DNA of 53,880 nucleotides from a virus (IMGVR_UViG_2617270943_000003:1-53880), one strand, 5' to 3'; positions 26,088 to 35,174 are shown, counted from the stretch's first letter. Notes: generated by a model from the sequence alone, not told the origin. Numbers and translations: made by a program.

Positions 26088-26672
26088 ATGGCTAAGGGTA
26101 AAGGCATTAAGTTGCCTCAATTCAAAGTCCCGCTCTTTGAGCATACAACAGTTTTCTTCTGCCCGACTCGCGACATGTTCTATGAATTTTGCGAAAAGGC
26201 AGGGATTCCGATCGAACCTGACTTCGAACTGGCCGGAGGATTGACGCTTACTTGTACTGGTGAGAAAGGCGGTAATTTCTATGTGATCGCAGTATTCGAC
26301 AATGAGTTAGGAACGCTGGTACATGAAGCGGCCCACACTACATTCCACGTTTTAAGTGATGTAGGCGTCGTAGCGACCACTGATCCAACTCATCCGGCAA
26401 ACGAGACTTATGCTTACATGGTAGGCCGCATCTTTGACGCATTCTTCCCCATCCTGGCTGAATCAAACGAAGCACAGATCGCAGCGATGCAGGCGGCTGA
26501 AGTCGTTGAGCAGGCATTGGAGCAGGCAGAAAAGGCGACTGATGCAGCAGAACAGGTAGTTGAACAGGCAGAGGGGCCGAAAGAAGAGAAAAAACCAGCT
26601 AAGAAAGGCAAACGTAAGCCGAAAGCAAAAGAAGCGCTTGTACCGCGTGTAATGAGCTTTAAACGAGGCTGA
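26088..26672 (+). CDS. Hypothetical protein with HExxH motif and Lys-rich C-terminal tail
   Basis: LVHEAAHTTFHV (possible zincin-like HExxH); Ala/Glu-rich helix and KKPAKKGKRKPKAK tail. Confidence 0.5.
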   Translation: MAKGKGIKLPQFKVPLFEHTTVFFCPTRDMFYEFCEKAGIPIEPDFELAGGLTLTCTGEKGGNFYVIAVFDNELGTLVHEAAHTTFHVLSDVGVVATTDPTHPANETYAYMVGRIFDAFFPILAESNEAQIAAMQAAEVVEQALEQAEKATDAAEQVVEQAEGPKEEKKPAKKGKRKPKAKEALVPRVMSFKRG

Positions 26673-26674
26673 TT

Positions 26675-26770
26675 ATGGATGCTTATGCAATAGCCGGATT
26701 GATCGGTGTTTCTGTATTCCTGGTGTGTTTTGTTATCGCTGTACTGATAGCCACAAAGAGCAAATGTTAG
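26675..26770 (+). CDS. Hydrophobic micropeptide 1 of 11 (31 aa)
   Basis: MDAYAIAGLIGVSVFLVCFVIAVLIATKSKC; GAGG 5 nt upstream. Confidence 0.4.
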   Translation: MDAYAIAGLIGVSVFLVCFVIAVLIATKSKC

Positions 26771-26778
26771 GGGTGAGT

Positions 26779-26877
26779 ATGGGCTTTATTGATTTATGCC
26801 TTGCGTGGTTGTTCGTCGCTGCCTTTATAGCTGAACTGATTATCGTAATTCTATTTGGTAAAGGTGAGTTATGGTAG
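26779..26877 (+). CDS. Hydrophobic micropeptide 2 of 11 (32 aa)
   Basis: MGFIDLCLAWLFVAAFIAELIIVILFGKGELW; GGGGTGAG upstream. Confidence 0.4.
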   Translation: MGFIDLCLAWLFVAAFIAELIIVILFGKGELW

Positions 26878-26945
26878 ACCCGCTCGTTATCCTTTCCTTA
26901 TGCGTCGCTGTATGGCTGGCGATCATGATATTCATTGAAAGCTGA
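26871..26945 (+). CDS. Hydrophobic micropeptide 3 of 11 (24 aa)
   Basis: MVDPLVILSLCVAVWLAIMIFIES; AGGTGAG upstream; start overlaps stop of peptide 2 (ATGGTAG). Confidence 0.35.
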   Translation: MVDPLVILSLCVAVWLAIMIFIES

Positions 26946-26956
26946 AGGTATTCACC

Positions 26957-27031
26957 ATGAATATTTACGATCTCATCTGGTGGTCGTTGGTCGCCGTCAT
27001 TATCTATTTCTGGTGGAAGAATGTTGTATAG
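26957..27031 (+). CDS. Hydrophobic micropeptide 4 of 11 (24 aa)
   Basis: MNIYDLIWWSLVAVIIYFWWKNVV; GAAGGT upstream. Confidence 0.35.
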   Translation: MNIYDLIWWSLVAVIIYFWWKNVV

Positions 27032-27039
27032 GTGACGGC

Positions 27040-27138
27040 ATGGATATATTCGAATTACTGGCGATTATGTGCGGAATGATGTTAGGCACTGTCGCCATAA
27101 TTATCATCATCGGCCTTGTTATGGGTAGCATCAAATGA
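27040..27138 (+). CDS. Hydrophobic micropeptide 5 of 11 (32 aa)
   Basis: MDIFELLAIMCGMMLGTVAIIIIIGLVMGSIK; AGGTGA upstream. The track ORF 26935-27138 is an upstream read-through extension of this frame. Confidence 0.4.
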   Translation: MDIFELLAIMCGMMLGTVAIIIIIGLVMGSIK

Positions 27139-27215
27139 ACGCATACGAAATGCTATTGCTGGTGGCTGTTATTACAGTTATCGCCGTAGATTTTTATCGA
27201 GGGTTGAAAAGATGA
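27135..27215 (+). CDS. Hydrophobic micropeptide 6 of 11 (26 aa)
   Basis: MNAYEMLLLVAVITVIAVDFYRGLKR; ATGA overlap with the peptide 5 stop. Confidence 0.3.
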   Translation: MNAYEMLLLVAVITVIAVDFYRGLKR

Positions 27216-27283
27216 GAGAAGCAGACTTCTTTTGCATGATTATAGTGATCGTCATCGTTGCCGTCCTTTTAAGCGTTAACTGA
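27212..27283 (+). CDS. Hydrophobic micropeptide 7 of 11 (23 aa)
   Basis: MREADFFCMIIVIVIVAVLLSVN; GAGGG upstream; overlaps the peptide 6 stop. Confidence 0.3.
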   Translation: MREADFFCMIIVIVIVAVLLSVN

Positions 27284-27300
27284 ATCGCAGGAGGTTAAAA

Positions 27301-27369
27301 ATGAAATTGCTTGATTTCTTTTTCCTGATTGTTGCGATTGTTCTTACCATGACCGCGCTGACTCAATAG
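27301..27369 (+). CDS. Hydrophobic micropeptide 8 of 11 (22 aa)
   Basis: MKLLDFFFLIVAIVLTMTALTQ; consensus AGGAGG 7 nt upstream. Confidence 0.4.
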   Translation: MKLLDFFFLIVAIVLTMTALTQ

Positions 27370-27377
27370 GTGAATAT

Positions 27378-27452
27378 ATGGAAACTATCGAAGCAGTATT
27401 ATTCGTGTGCATCGCTGCGGTTGTTATTGTTGGGGTTATTATCAATGTCTGA
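27378..27452 (+). CDS. Hydrophobic micropeptide 9 of 11 (24 aa)
   Basis: METIEAVLFVCIAAVVIVGVIINV; AGGTGA upstream. Confidence 0.35.
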   Translation: METIEAVLFVCIAAVVIVGVIINV

Positions 27453-27513
27453 CGTCGATTTCTTAATCATAGCTATAAGTTCGCTGTTAGTCGTTATCGT
27501 TTTCTTCGCATAA
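27445..27513 (+). CDS. Hydrophobic micropeptide 10 of 11 (22 aa)
   Basis: MSDVDFLIIAISSLLVVIVFFA; start overlaps the end of peptide 9 (AATGTCTGA). Confidence 0.3.
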   Translation: MSDVDFLIIAISSLLVVIVFFA

Positions 27514-27523
27514 AGGGTAAGCA

Positions 27524-27607
27524 ATGAAAGAGCTATTCGACTGGTTGGAAGTATTAACATACTGCGCAAGTTTTGTGGCTTGCGTATATATCATCAACAA
27601 ATATTAA
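27524..27607 (+). CDS. Hydrophobic micropeptide 11 of 11 (27 aa)
   Basis: MKELFDWLEVLTYCASFVACVYIINKY; AAGGGTAAG upstream; ends 10 nt before the terminase small subunit start. Confidence 0.35.
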   Translation: MKELFDWLEVLTYCASFVACVYIINKY

Positions 27608-27617
27608 GAGGTGAATT

Positions 27618-28103
27618 ATGGCCCGCACGAAAAAGGCAAATGCTGAAGACAAAAAGCCAGCAGCCAAAAAGACGGGCCGTCCGCATGGTTATACCGAAGA
27701 AAAGGCATTAGAAATCTGCGAGCTGGTGGCGGACGGTCATAGTATTAACAAGATTTCGAAGATGCCTGATATGCCTGCGCGTTCAACAATCCTCAAATGG
27801 TTCAGAGACGTGCCAGAGTTCTCGGACATGTACACGCGCGCGAAGGAGATCGGTTTTGAGGTATTGGCTGATGAGATCATCGATATAGCCGATGCAGCGG
27901 AGAACATCGATAAAGACGAATGCCGCCGCCATCAACTGATGATTGAAACGCGTAAATGGCTATTGGCAAAACTGCAACCGCGTAAGTATGGCGAACGCGT
28001 TACGCAGGAAATCGTAGGCAACAGGGAAGAAGCGCCCGTACAGGTAGAAGTCACAAAAGAAGAGATCGCCCGCATCGTTCAGGAAGTAGAAGATGAGGTG
28101 TGA
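27618..28103 (+). CDS. terS: Terminase small subunit
   Basis: Lys-rich N-terminus with HTH (GHSINKISKMPDMPARSTILKWF), directly upstream of and overlapping the large terminase; GAGGTGA Shine-Dalgarno-like sequence. Confidence 0.75.
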   Translation: MARTKKANAEDKKPAAKKTGRPHGYTEEKALEICELVADGHSINKISKMPDMPARSTILKWFRDVPEFSDMYTRAKEIGFEVLADEIIDIADAAENIDKDECRRHQLMIETRKWLLAKLQPRKYGERVTQEIVGNREEAPVQVEVTKEEIARIVQEVEDEV

Positions 28104-28105
28104 TT

Positions 28106-29584
28106 ATGTTGACAATCAAAGAACGAGTTATTCAGTCCAAATGTGAAAACGATGGCCTGTTTTTCAATCGCTACTTCTATAAGCAAGCGAACGGAACGAA
28201 GATGTTATTATCAGGCCATCATTTAGCTATCCGTGATGCATTGCAACGCGTTATTAATGGTGAGATAACCCGCCTCATTATTAACATTCCCCCAGGGTAC
28301 GGTAAAACCATGATCGCAACTATCAATATGATGGCGCGGTCCCTCGCAATAAATCCCCGCACACGATTCCTTCACGTTTCCTATTCCAACAACCTGGCGC
28401 TACTCAATTCCTCGACTGTAAGAAACATGATCTGCACGCCTGAATATCAGGCAATGTGGCCCATGAAGATCCGCAACGATGCAAACAGTAAATCGATGTG
28501 GTGGACTGAATACGGTGGCGGCGTGTATGCAACGTCATCGCTTGGCCAGGTTACTGGGTTCCGTGCGGGGTATATGGAACCAGGATTTAACGGCGCGTTA
28601 ATCATCGACGACCCATTAAAACCCGCTGACGCTTATTCTGACGTGGTGAGAAAGCAGGTTAACACCAACTATAACGACACGCTTGCTTCACGTCTGGCAG
28701 TGCAAACGACGCCTGTTATCGTCATCATGCAGCGCATCCACTACGATGACTTGTCCGGCTACCTGCTACGCGGTGGGAGCGGTGAAAAGTGGTATCACCT
28801 TAACCTGCCAGTGAAGATCGACAACAGCGTTGACTACCGGGATCTGTACCCTGAAAACGAGTTCGCTATCCCTATTGCTCACAACCTGCCTGATGGCTGG
28901 CTATGGCCTAAAAAACACAATGACGCCCATGAAGCTGGATTGAAGGCACACAGACGGTCATTTGAGGCCCAGTACATGCAGCGCCCGCGTAAGTTCGACG
29001 AAGAGGGTGCATTGTGGACTGAAGCGATGATAACCGCAGCGCACCGGATGCAGATAACGCAGGACAAGATCCGCACGGTGATAGCCATCGACCCGGCAAC
29101 AACATCATCTGATGAGTCGGACGAAACCGGGATCGTAGCATGTTCCGCTTATGGTGGCGGCAAGTACGCTCAGTATTCTGTAGACGGTGACTACTCAGGC
29201 CGCATGTCTCCTAACGACTGGGCGCAAGCCTCAATGAACGCTTATAACATCCATGAAGCTGACGCGATAGTTATCGAAACCAACCAGGGCGGCGAAATGG
29301 CAGAGGCCACGCTACGCAATGCCGGATTTAAAGGTCGCATTGTTAAGGTGCACGCAAGCAAGGGTAAATTCGCCCGCGCCGAGCCAATATCGGCACTGTA
29401 TGCACAAGGAAGGGTAGCCCACACTGGCAGTCTGTACACGCTGGAAAATCAAATGATGGAATACGTGCCAGCTACCGCTAAAAAATCACCTGACCGCCTC
29501 GACGCTATGGTGTGGGGCATCACTGAATTAAGCCAGCCACAGGCAATGGGCCTTATGTTACCTAAGCGCCTGCGCGGATTTTAA
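28106..29584 (+). CDS. terL: Terminase large subunit
   Basis: Walker A-like IPPGYGKT, Walker B-like ALIIDDP, C-terminal nuclease-like acidic motifs (IAIDPATTSSDESDETGIV); ATG at 28106. Confidence 0.85.
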   Translation: MLTIKERVIQSKCENDGLFFNRYFYKQANGTKMLLSGHHLAIRDALQRVINGEITRLIINIPPGYGKTMIATINMMARSLAINPRTRFLHVSYSNNLALLNSSTVRNMICTPEYQAMWPMKIRNDANSKSMWWTEYGGGVYATSSLGQVTGFRAGYMEPGFNGALIIDDPLKPADAYSDVVRKQVNTNYNDTLASRLAVQTTPVIVIMQRIHYDDLSGYLLRGGSGEKWYHLNLPVKIDNSVDYRDLYPENEFAIPIAHNLPDGWLWPKKHNDAHEAGLKAHRRSFEAQYMQRPRKFDEEGALWTEAMITAAHRMQITQDKIRTVIAIDPATTSSDESDETGIVACSAYGGGKYAQYSVDGDYSGRMSPNDWAQASMNAYNIHEADAIVIETNQGGEMAEATLRNAGFKGRIVKVHASKGKFARAEPISALYAQGRVAHTGSLYTLENQMMEYVPATAKKSPDRLDAMVWGITELSQPQAMGLMLPKRLRGF

Positions 29585-29662
29585 AAACCATCTCACAATC
29601 CATCACGAATTTTTCTATTTTTCGCGTAGCAACGCGTAAACATGTATTCAGGAGTAAACATT

Positions 29663-31033
29663 ATGCCATCCAATTTAGAATTGGCGGTTAATGCTGCCTT
29701 GTCACAACGCCAGGCGGCCTTTGCTCGCTATGCAGCTGCACACCCGTTCACTATGGGGATAGATGCCAAACGTGATGCTGCGTGGAGTGAATACGGATTC
29801 AAAGAAGAGATCACGTATCACGATCTATACAAACTGTACAGACGCGGCGGCATCGCTCATGGTGCTGTAGAAAAGATTGTTACTACTTGCTGGCGCACCA
29901 GGCCAACGATGATTGAAGGAACTGAAGACGAGAAAGCGGAAACGGAAACACCCTGGGAAAGAGAAATCAAAAAACAATTTGATAACAGATTTTGGCGCAT
30001 CATTGCAGAATGCGATCGCCGCCGCCTCATCGGTCGTTATGCTGGCCTGTTGATTCATGTCAGGGATGGTAAGCCGTGGGATCAGCCTGTAACAAAAGGC
30101 GTAGGCATTGCCAAATTTACCCCTGTATGGGCTGGTGCTCTTACACCGAAGGACTTCGAAGAAAACCCGGATAATGAAAACTATGGCCTGCCGACATGGT
30201 GGGAATACAAAGAACGCATTAACAGTAAGACCATTGCGAGAAAGATCCACCCTGACCGCATATTCATATTTGGTGACTATTCTGATGATGCTATCGCTTT
30301 CCTTGAGCCATCCTATAACGCTTTCGTTTCGCTTGAGAAAGTGGAAGGTGGTAGCGGTGAATCATTCCTGAAAAACGCCGCCCGTCAGCTTGCTATCTCA
30401 TTCGATAAAGAGATTGACTTCCGTTCCCTGGCTGCAACATACGATTGCGACGTTACAGAGTTACGCGAAAGATTCAATGAGGCTGCGGCTGAAATGAATA
30501 AGGGTAATGACGTAATGATGGCATTACAGGGGGCAACAGTAAGCCCGCTGGTGACTGCCGTATCTGACCCGTCAGCAACCTATGACGTCAACCTGCAAAC
30601 CGCCGCCGCTGGTATCGACATTCCAACGCGTATCCTAGTTGGGAATCAACAGGGTGAACGAGCATCAACTGAAGATCTCCGCTATTTCAATAACCGATGC
30701 ATGACCCGCCGCCAGGAAATCGGAGGCGAGCTTGAAGAACTATTCCGCAAACTGGCAGACCTACGCCTTACCAGTGAGCCACGCGACATATCAGTGCTAT
30801 GGGATGACCTTAACGCTATGACCAAAGCCGAACTACTGGAAGCGGCACACAAGATGGCGCAAATCAATCAGGCATGTCTTGCTACTGGTGAAGAAATATT
30901 TAGCGGTGACGAGATTCGCGAGGCTGCCGGATACGATGGCCCAGCCAGTGAAGTAGAAACGGAAGAGGAGGACGATGATGAGGGTGAAGAAGATAATCAG
31001 GCGAATACCTCCAGCCGCGATAATGCCATCTAA
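29663..31033 (+). CDS. Portal protein (DUF1073-like)
   Basis: About 455 aa protein immediately after terL with acidic C-terminus (EEEDDDEGEED); start at ATG 29663 with AGGAG upstream. Confidence 0.75.
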   Translation: MPSNLELAVNAALSQRQAAFARYAAAHPFTMGIDAKRDAAWSEYGFKEEITYHDLYKLYRRGGIAHGAVEKIVTTCWRTRPTMIEGTEDEKAETETPWEREIKKQFDNRFWRIIAECDRRRLIGRYAGLLIHVRDGKPWDQPVTKGVGIAKFTPVWAGALTPKDFEENPDNENYGLPTWWEYKERINSKTIARKIHPDRIFIFGDYSDDAIAFLEPSYNAFVSLEKVEGGSGESFLKNAARQLAISFDKEIDFRSLAATYDCDVTELRERFNEAAAEMNKGNDVMMALQGATVSPLVTAVSDPSATYDVNLQTAAAGIDIPTRILVGNQQGERASTEDLRYFNNRCMTRRQEIGGELEELFRKLADLRLTSEPRDISVLWDDLNAMTKAELLEAAHKMAQINQACLATGEEIFSGDEIREAAGYDGPASEVETEEEDDDEGEEDNQANTSSRDNAI

Positions 31034-31919
31034 CACCGAAGACCCGACCATGACAGGGAAGTTGCGATCGGGCGCTATTAAGCGTTTTAAATCCTGCCTG
31101 AAGAAAATAGCCGATCCATATATCGCCATACTGGACAAAATACAATATAGCCTGGCTGTTAATAAAAAATACACCTTCCAGATTTACATGGATGAATTGC
31201 ACGACATGCTGGAGGACGCCAGCGACATGATTGATGAGATATTCGAGCTAACCGACCCGGAAAGTTTTTGGTTTTGGCAGGAATACGTGAAGGTGGCATA
31301 TCAGCGCGGCACGGCACAGGAATACGCCAACCTTGCCAACCAGTCTGTTACTTACTCAAGCGCTTATCCTGATGTATCCGCCGTGCTATCAAGTACGACT
31401 TACCGCACGCGCCTTGCCCTTGTTCGTACCCGTGTATTTGAGGAAATGCGCGGGCTAACAGCACAGATCAAGAAGGATATGGCCCGGCGATTAACCGAAG
31501 GGATGGCCCGTGGTTTAAATCCACTGGAAATAGCGCGCACATTGCAGCAGGAAACGCAATTGCCGCTATACAGGTGCAAACGTATTGCCCGAACTGAAAT
31601 ATGCACAGCGTTACGCACAGCGCGTATGGATGAGGCAGAAGCGGCGACAGAAGAGCTTAATCTGCGCACCATGCAAATGCACATTTCGGCATTGTCACCG
31701 ACTACCAGGCTATCGCACGCGCAGCGGCACGGGAAAACATACACCATAGATGAGCAGCGCGAATGGTGGAGCAGATCCCCAAATTCAATTAACTGCAAAT
31801 GTAGCACGATTACCGTATTGGTTGACGAAGACGGTAACATATTAAACAAACGAATATTAGATCGGGCGCAAGAAAACTATAAGGTTGCGCACGCTAAATA
31901 TGGCGAAGATTGGGAGTAA
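31023..31919 (+). CDS. Head morphogenesis protein (SPP1 gp7 / Mu F-like)
   Basis: Position after portal and central conserved region (ARGLNPLEIARTLQQETQLPLYRCKRIARTEICTA) typical of the F-like family. Confidence 0.65.
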   Translation: MPSNTEDPTMTGKLRSGAIKRFKSCLKKIADPYIAILDKIQYSLAVNKKYTFQIYMDELHDMLEDASDMIDEIFELTDPESFWFWQEYVKVAYQRGTAQEYANLANQSVTYSSAYPDVSAVLSSTTYRTRLALVRTRVFEEMRGLTAQIKKDMARRLTEGMARGLNPLEIARTLQQETQLPLYRCKRIARTEICTALRTARMDEAEAATEELNLRTMQMHISALSPTTRLSHAQRHGKTYTIDEQREWWSRSPNSINCKCSTITVLVDEDGNILNKRILDRAQENYKVAHAKYGEDWE

Positions 31920-31923
31920 AACC

Positions 31924-33192
31924 GTGAGTAAAGAATTGATTCAGGTTAATACCAAATTAACCGCTAATACCATACGCCGGGAAACGTATAACGGGCGTGA
32001 ACACATTGTAGTTCCGTCATATACGTTGCCCTTCAATATTGTTATGAATCGGGAATATTACCCGGAAGCTGAAATTATCGCTAATTACCAGTCGCTGGAG
32101 GGAACACTTGCCCCGTTAGGTCATCCTACCGTGGACGGTAAATTTGTTTCCGCATTTAGCCCGGAAGGATTAAACACGGGTTTTTGTGGAGCGTGGAATA
32201 GAAACGTTGAATTACGCGGCAACCGTGTTTATGTGGAAAAATGGGTGGATGTGGAAACCGCCAGCCATTCAGAGCAAGGCCGCGAATTATTAAGCAGACT
32301 GGAAGCACTGGAGAAAGGAGAAAGCAAAGATCCGATCTGGTCATCCGTCGCTGTATATCGTCAACGTATGCCAGCCACTGAAGAGATGAAAGCCCAGGGC
32401 GCTGACAGCGTTGTTAAAATCATGTCGATCGACCATGACGCTATTTTGCTGCATGAGCCGCCCGCCGCTTCACCTGAACAGGGTGTAGGGTTGATGGTTA
32501 ATACTGACCAGGCGAAACCGTTAATGGCGGTGGCAATGAAAGAAAACAGCTACCGCACACTTGAGAAACAATTAACCGACGCCGCGCGGGAATTATTCCC
32601 TGATGCCGATTATGTGTATGTGGTGGACTTCACTGATAAAGAAGTGACGATCGCCACTAATACTGAAAGTGCTCAAGTTTGCGCATATGAAAAACAGGCT
32701 GATAAAATTATTCTCAATAATGGCGAGCTTGCAACCAACGAGGAAAGTAAATCCTGGTTTACGCAGTTCGCTGAACACCTTTCTAATCTTTTCTCCCTGA
32801 ATGAAAAAATTAAGGCCAATAAATCGGAGGACGATCCCATGCCTTTGACCAAAGAAGAACGCGCCGAACTGGTAAAAGAAATTAACGAAGGCTTAGCCGC
32901 TAATATCGCTAATGCAGTAGCAGAGGCATTAAAACCAGTGCAGGCAAGCGTTGAAGAATTACAGACCAATCAGAAAGCGATTAAAGAAGAGATCGCAGCA
33001 AACGCAAATAAAGAAGTAGCAGAAAAACGCGCCGCAGTTGCGAAAGTACACGGCGAAATTGTTGCTAACGCATTAAGCGGTGATGCGCTCGATGCAATGT
33101 TTAAATCCCTGGGCAAAGCAGCGCCGATGGCTACCAACGCAGCAAGCGAAGGTAAAAAAGGCGAAGTACCAGACTTTAACACCTATTTCTAA
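31924..33192 (+). CDS. Putative scaffold / prohead core protein
   Basis: Large protein between morphogenesis and capsid genes with long Ala/Glu/Lys-rich helical C-terminal half; GTG start at 31924 preferred over the track start 31885. Confidence 0.5.
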   Translation: MSKELIQVNTKLTANTIRRETYNGREHIVVPSYTLPFNIVMNREYYPEAEIIANYQSLEGTLAPLGHPTVDGKFVSAFSPEGLNTGFCGAWNRNVELRGNRVYVEKWVDVETASHSEQGRELLSRLEALEKGESKDPIWSSVAVYRQRMPATEEMKAQGADSVVKIMSIDHDAILLHEPPAASPEQGVGLMVNTDQAKPLMAVAMKENSYRTLEKQLTDAARELFPDADYVYVVDFTDKEVTIATNTESAQVCAYEKQADKIILNNGELATNEESKSWFTQFAEHLSNLFSLNEKIKANKSEDDPMPLTKEERAELVKEINEGLAANIANAVAEALKPVQASVEELQTNQKAIKEEIAANANKEVAEKRAAVAKVHGEIVANALSGDALDAMFKSLGKAAPMATNAASEGKKGEVPDFNTYF

Positions 33193-33208
33193 TTAAAAGG
33201 GGATCACA

Positions 33209-33637
33209 ATGTTTCGTTTTCGTCGTGTAAATATTGATGGTAAGTCAATTACCGAAACCTATGCAGCCAATGAGGCGGTGAAGCCTGGTGAACTGGTTAA
33301 ACTGGCTGAAGGTAAATTCGCTAAAGCAGCCCTTGCAGATGTTGGCAAGGCCCAACTTTTCATCGTTAACCCGGCATTCCATGAAGGCAAAACCATTGCT
33401 GATGAAATTGCTAAAGGCGCAACCGTTGTTGCTGATTATGTGGAGCAGGGCCGTGAGTTTGCTCTTCGTGTTCCTGCCGCAGCATACAAAAAGGGGGCAG
33501 CTATCGCTTTCACGGCTAATGGCGTCAAGCTGTTTACCGAGCCGCTTGAGTCAGTACCCGCAGATCCGATTGTCGCATACTGCCAGGAAGACGTAACCCT
33601 GGAGGCGGAAGATTTTATCCGCGTTCGCGTTGCTTAA
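33209..33637 (+). CDS. Putative head decoration / structural protein
   Basis: 142 aa Ala/Val-rich protein directly upstream of the major capsid gene. Confidence 0.45.
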   Translation: MFRFRRVNIDGKSITETYAANEAVKPGELVKLAEGKFAKAALADVGKAQLFIVNPAFHEGKTIADEIAKGATVVADYVEQGREFALRVPAAAYKKGAAIAFTANGVKLFTEPLESVPADPIVAYCQEDVTLEAEDFIRVRVA

Positions 33638-33654
33638 TTTAAAAGGGGAAAAAC

Positions 33655-34719
33655 ATGTACTTTACAAAAGAAAACCTTGCCACCAACGCCCGTATGCAGG
33701 GCCATTGGAAAGAACTGTGGGCGCAACGCAACATCTTCAACGAGCAGCACAACGCCATGATTGCAGCAAATCAGGCAAATATGACCGCTGAAATGTTGAC
33801 CTGTAACGCCGTCGGCGGCTTCGCAAAAGAATTCTGGAAAGAAATCGATAACCAGATTATCGAACTGAACACCGAAGAAATCGGTATTGAGATCGTAAAC
33901 GACCTGATGGGTGTGCAAACCGTACTGCCAATCGGTAAAACGCTGAAAATGTACAACGTATCCGGTGACATCAATGATGAAGTTGTAATGTCTATGGATG
34001 GTCAAGCGCCACACGGCTTTGATCACACCGAATACGGCAGCGATGGCGACCCGATCCCGATGTTCGCAGCGGGTTACGGTGTTAACTGGCGTTTAGCTCA
34101 GGGCTTAAATACTGTAGGCATCGACCTTGCATTAGACAGCCAGCGCCTTAAACTGAAAAAATTCAACAAAGCACGCGTCCAGTTCTACCTGAATGGTAAC
34201 GATCGCATCGTGGTTGATGGTCATAAAGCAATGGGTATTAAAAACCACAAAAACACCCAGCAACTTAAACTGAAAACTGTCGCTAAAATCGACCTGACCA
34301 CCGCGACTTTCGATAAGATTATTGAATTCTTTACCACTGGTGAGTTCGGGAAACTGGCCCGCGCCAACTTCGTAGCTAAATACGATGTAATGTGGGTATC
34401 GCCAGAAATCATGGCTAACCTGGCACGCCCACACATCGTTAATGGCGCAATTGTTGGTAGTGTGCTGGATGTTATCAAGCCGTTTGTTCCGGTTGGTGAT
34501 ATTCGCCAGACCTATGCACTGACTGGCAACGAATTTATCGCTTATCAGCGTAGTCGCAGCGTCATCACCCCGCTGATTGGTATGACCACTGGCGTAGTTC
34601 CGTTACCGCGCATGATGCCGACTGATAACTACAACTTCCGCATTATGTCCGCCGAGGGTCTGCAGATCACCTGTGACATGAAAGGTCGTTCGGGTGTTGT
34701 TTACGGCAGCAACACCTGA
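33655..34719 (+). CDS. Major capsid protein
   Basis: 354 aa ORF in the canonical position, strong codon usage, followed by a strong terminator. Confidence 0.75.
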   Translation: MYFTKENLATNARMQGHWKELWAQRNIFNEQHNAMIAANQANMTAEMLTCNAVGGFAKEFWKEIDNQIIELNTEEIGIEIVNDLMGVQTVLPIGKTLKMYNVSGDINDEVVMSMDGQAPHGFDHTEYGSDGDPIPMFAAGYGVNWRLAQGLNTVGIDLALDSQRLKLKKFNKARVQFYLNGNDRIVVDGHKAMGIKNHKNTQQLKLKTVAKIDLTTATFDKIIEFFTTGEFGKLARANFVAKYDVMWVSPEIMANLARPHIVNGAIVGSVLDVIKPFVPVGDIRQTYALTGNEFIAYQRSRSVITPLIGMTTGVVPLPRMMPTDNYNFRIMSAEGLQITCDMKGRSGVVYGSNT

Positions 34720-34739
34720 TTAATATATTCTCTGAAACT

Positions 34740-34768
34740 CCCCGGCATCGCGCCGGGGATTTTTTTTG
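34740..34768 (+). terminator. Rho-independent terminator after major capsid gene
   Basis: Hairpin CCCCGGC-ATCGC-GCCGGGG followed by a T8 run. Confidence 0.7.
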
Positions 34769-34785
34769 TATGTGGAGCAAACAAA

Positions 34786-35172
34786 ATGGTCACTACAGAA
34801 CAGGCGCGGGAATATCTTGAAAGCCAGGGTATTGACCTGCCAGACATTATCTTATCTTTGCTGGTGGAACAGGCAAATAGCGTTAATGAATGCCTTGATG
34901 CTAACTATCCGGCCTCCACTGCAACATTAATTCAGCTTTATCTGATCGGGCTATTAGGACTCACACAGGCGAATAAATACGTTTCCTCACACACAGGTCC
35001 GAACGGTGCAAGCCAGTCTTACCGCTATGTTGATTTCAATAAAAAATGGAAGGCGGCTTGCTCGTTGCTACGCTCGATTGACAGGCATAATTGCACAGCC
35101 GAACTGATTCCCGCAGATCCTGAAGCCACCGCACATGCCGGACTATGGATCGGTAAGAGTGGGAGGATGTAA
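34786..35172 (+). CDS. Hypothetical head-tail joining protein
   Basis: 128 aa ORF after the capsid gene. Confidence 0.45.
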   Translation: MVTTEQAREYLESQGIDLPDIILSLLVEQANSVNECLDANYPASTATLIQLYLIGLLGLTQANKYVSSHTGPNGASQSYRYVDFNKKWKAACSLLRSIDRHNCTAELIPADPEATAHAGLWIGKSGRM

Positions 35173-35174
35173 CC

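Noticed and set aside
26935-27138. 67-aa ORF from the six-frame track spanning part of the micropeptide region
   Set aside because: Its N-terminal two thirds have no ribosome-binding site and overlap two better-supported mini-ORFs in other frames; only the C-terminal 32 codons (27040-27138) are kept as micropeptide 5.
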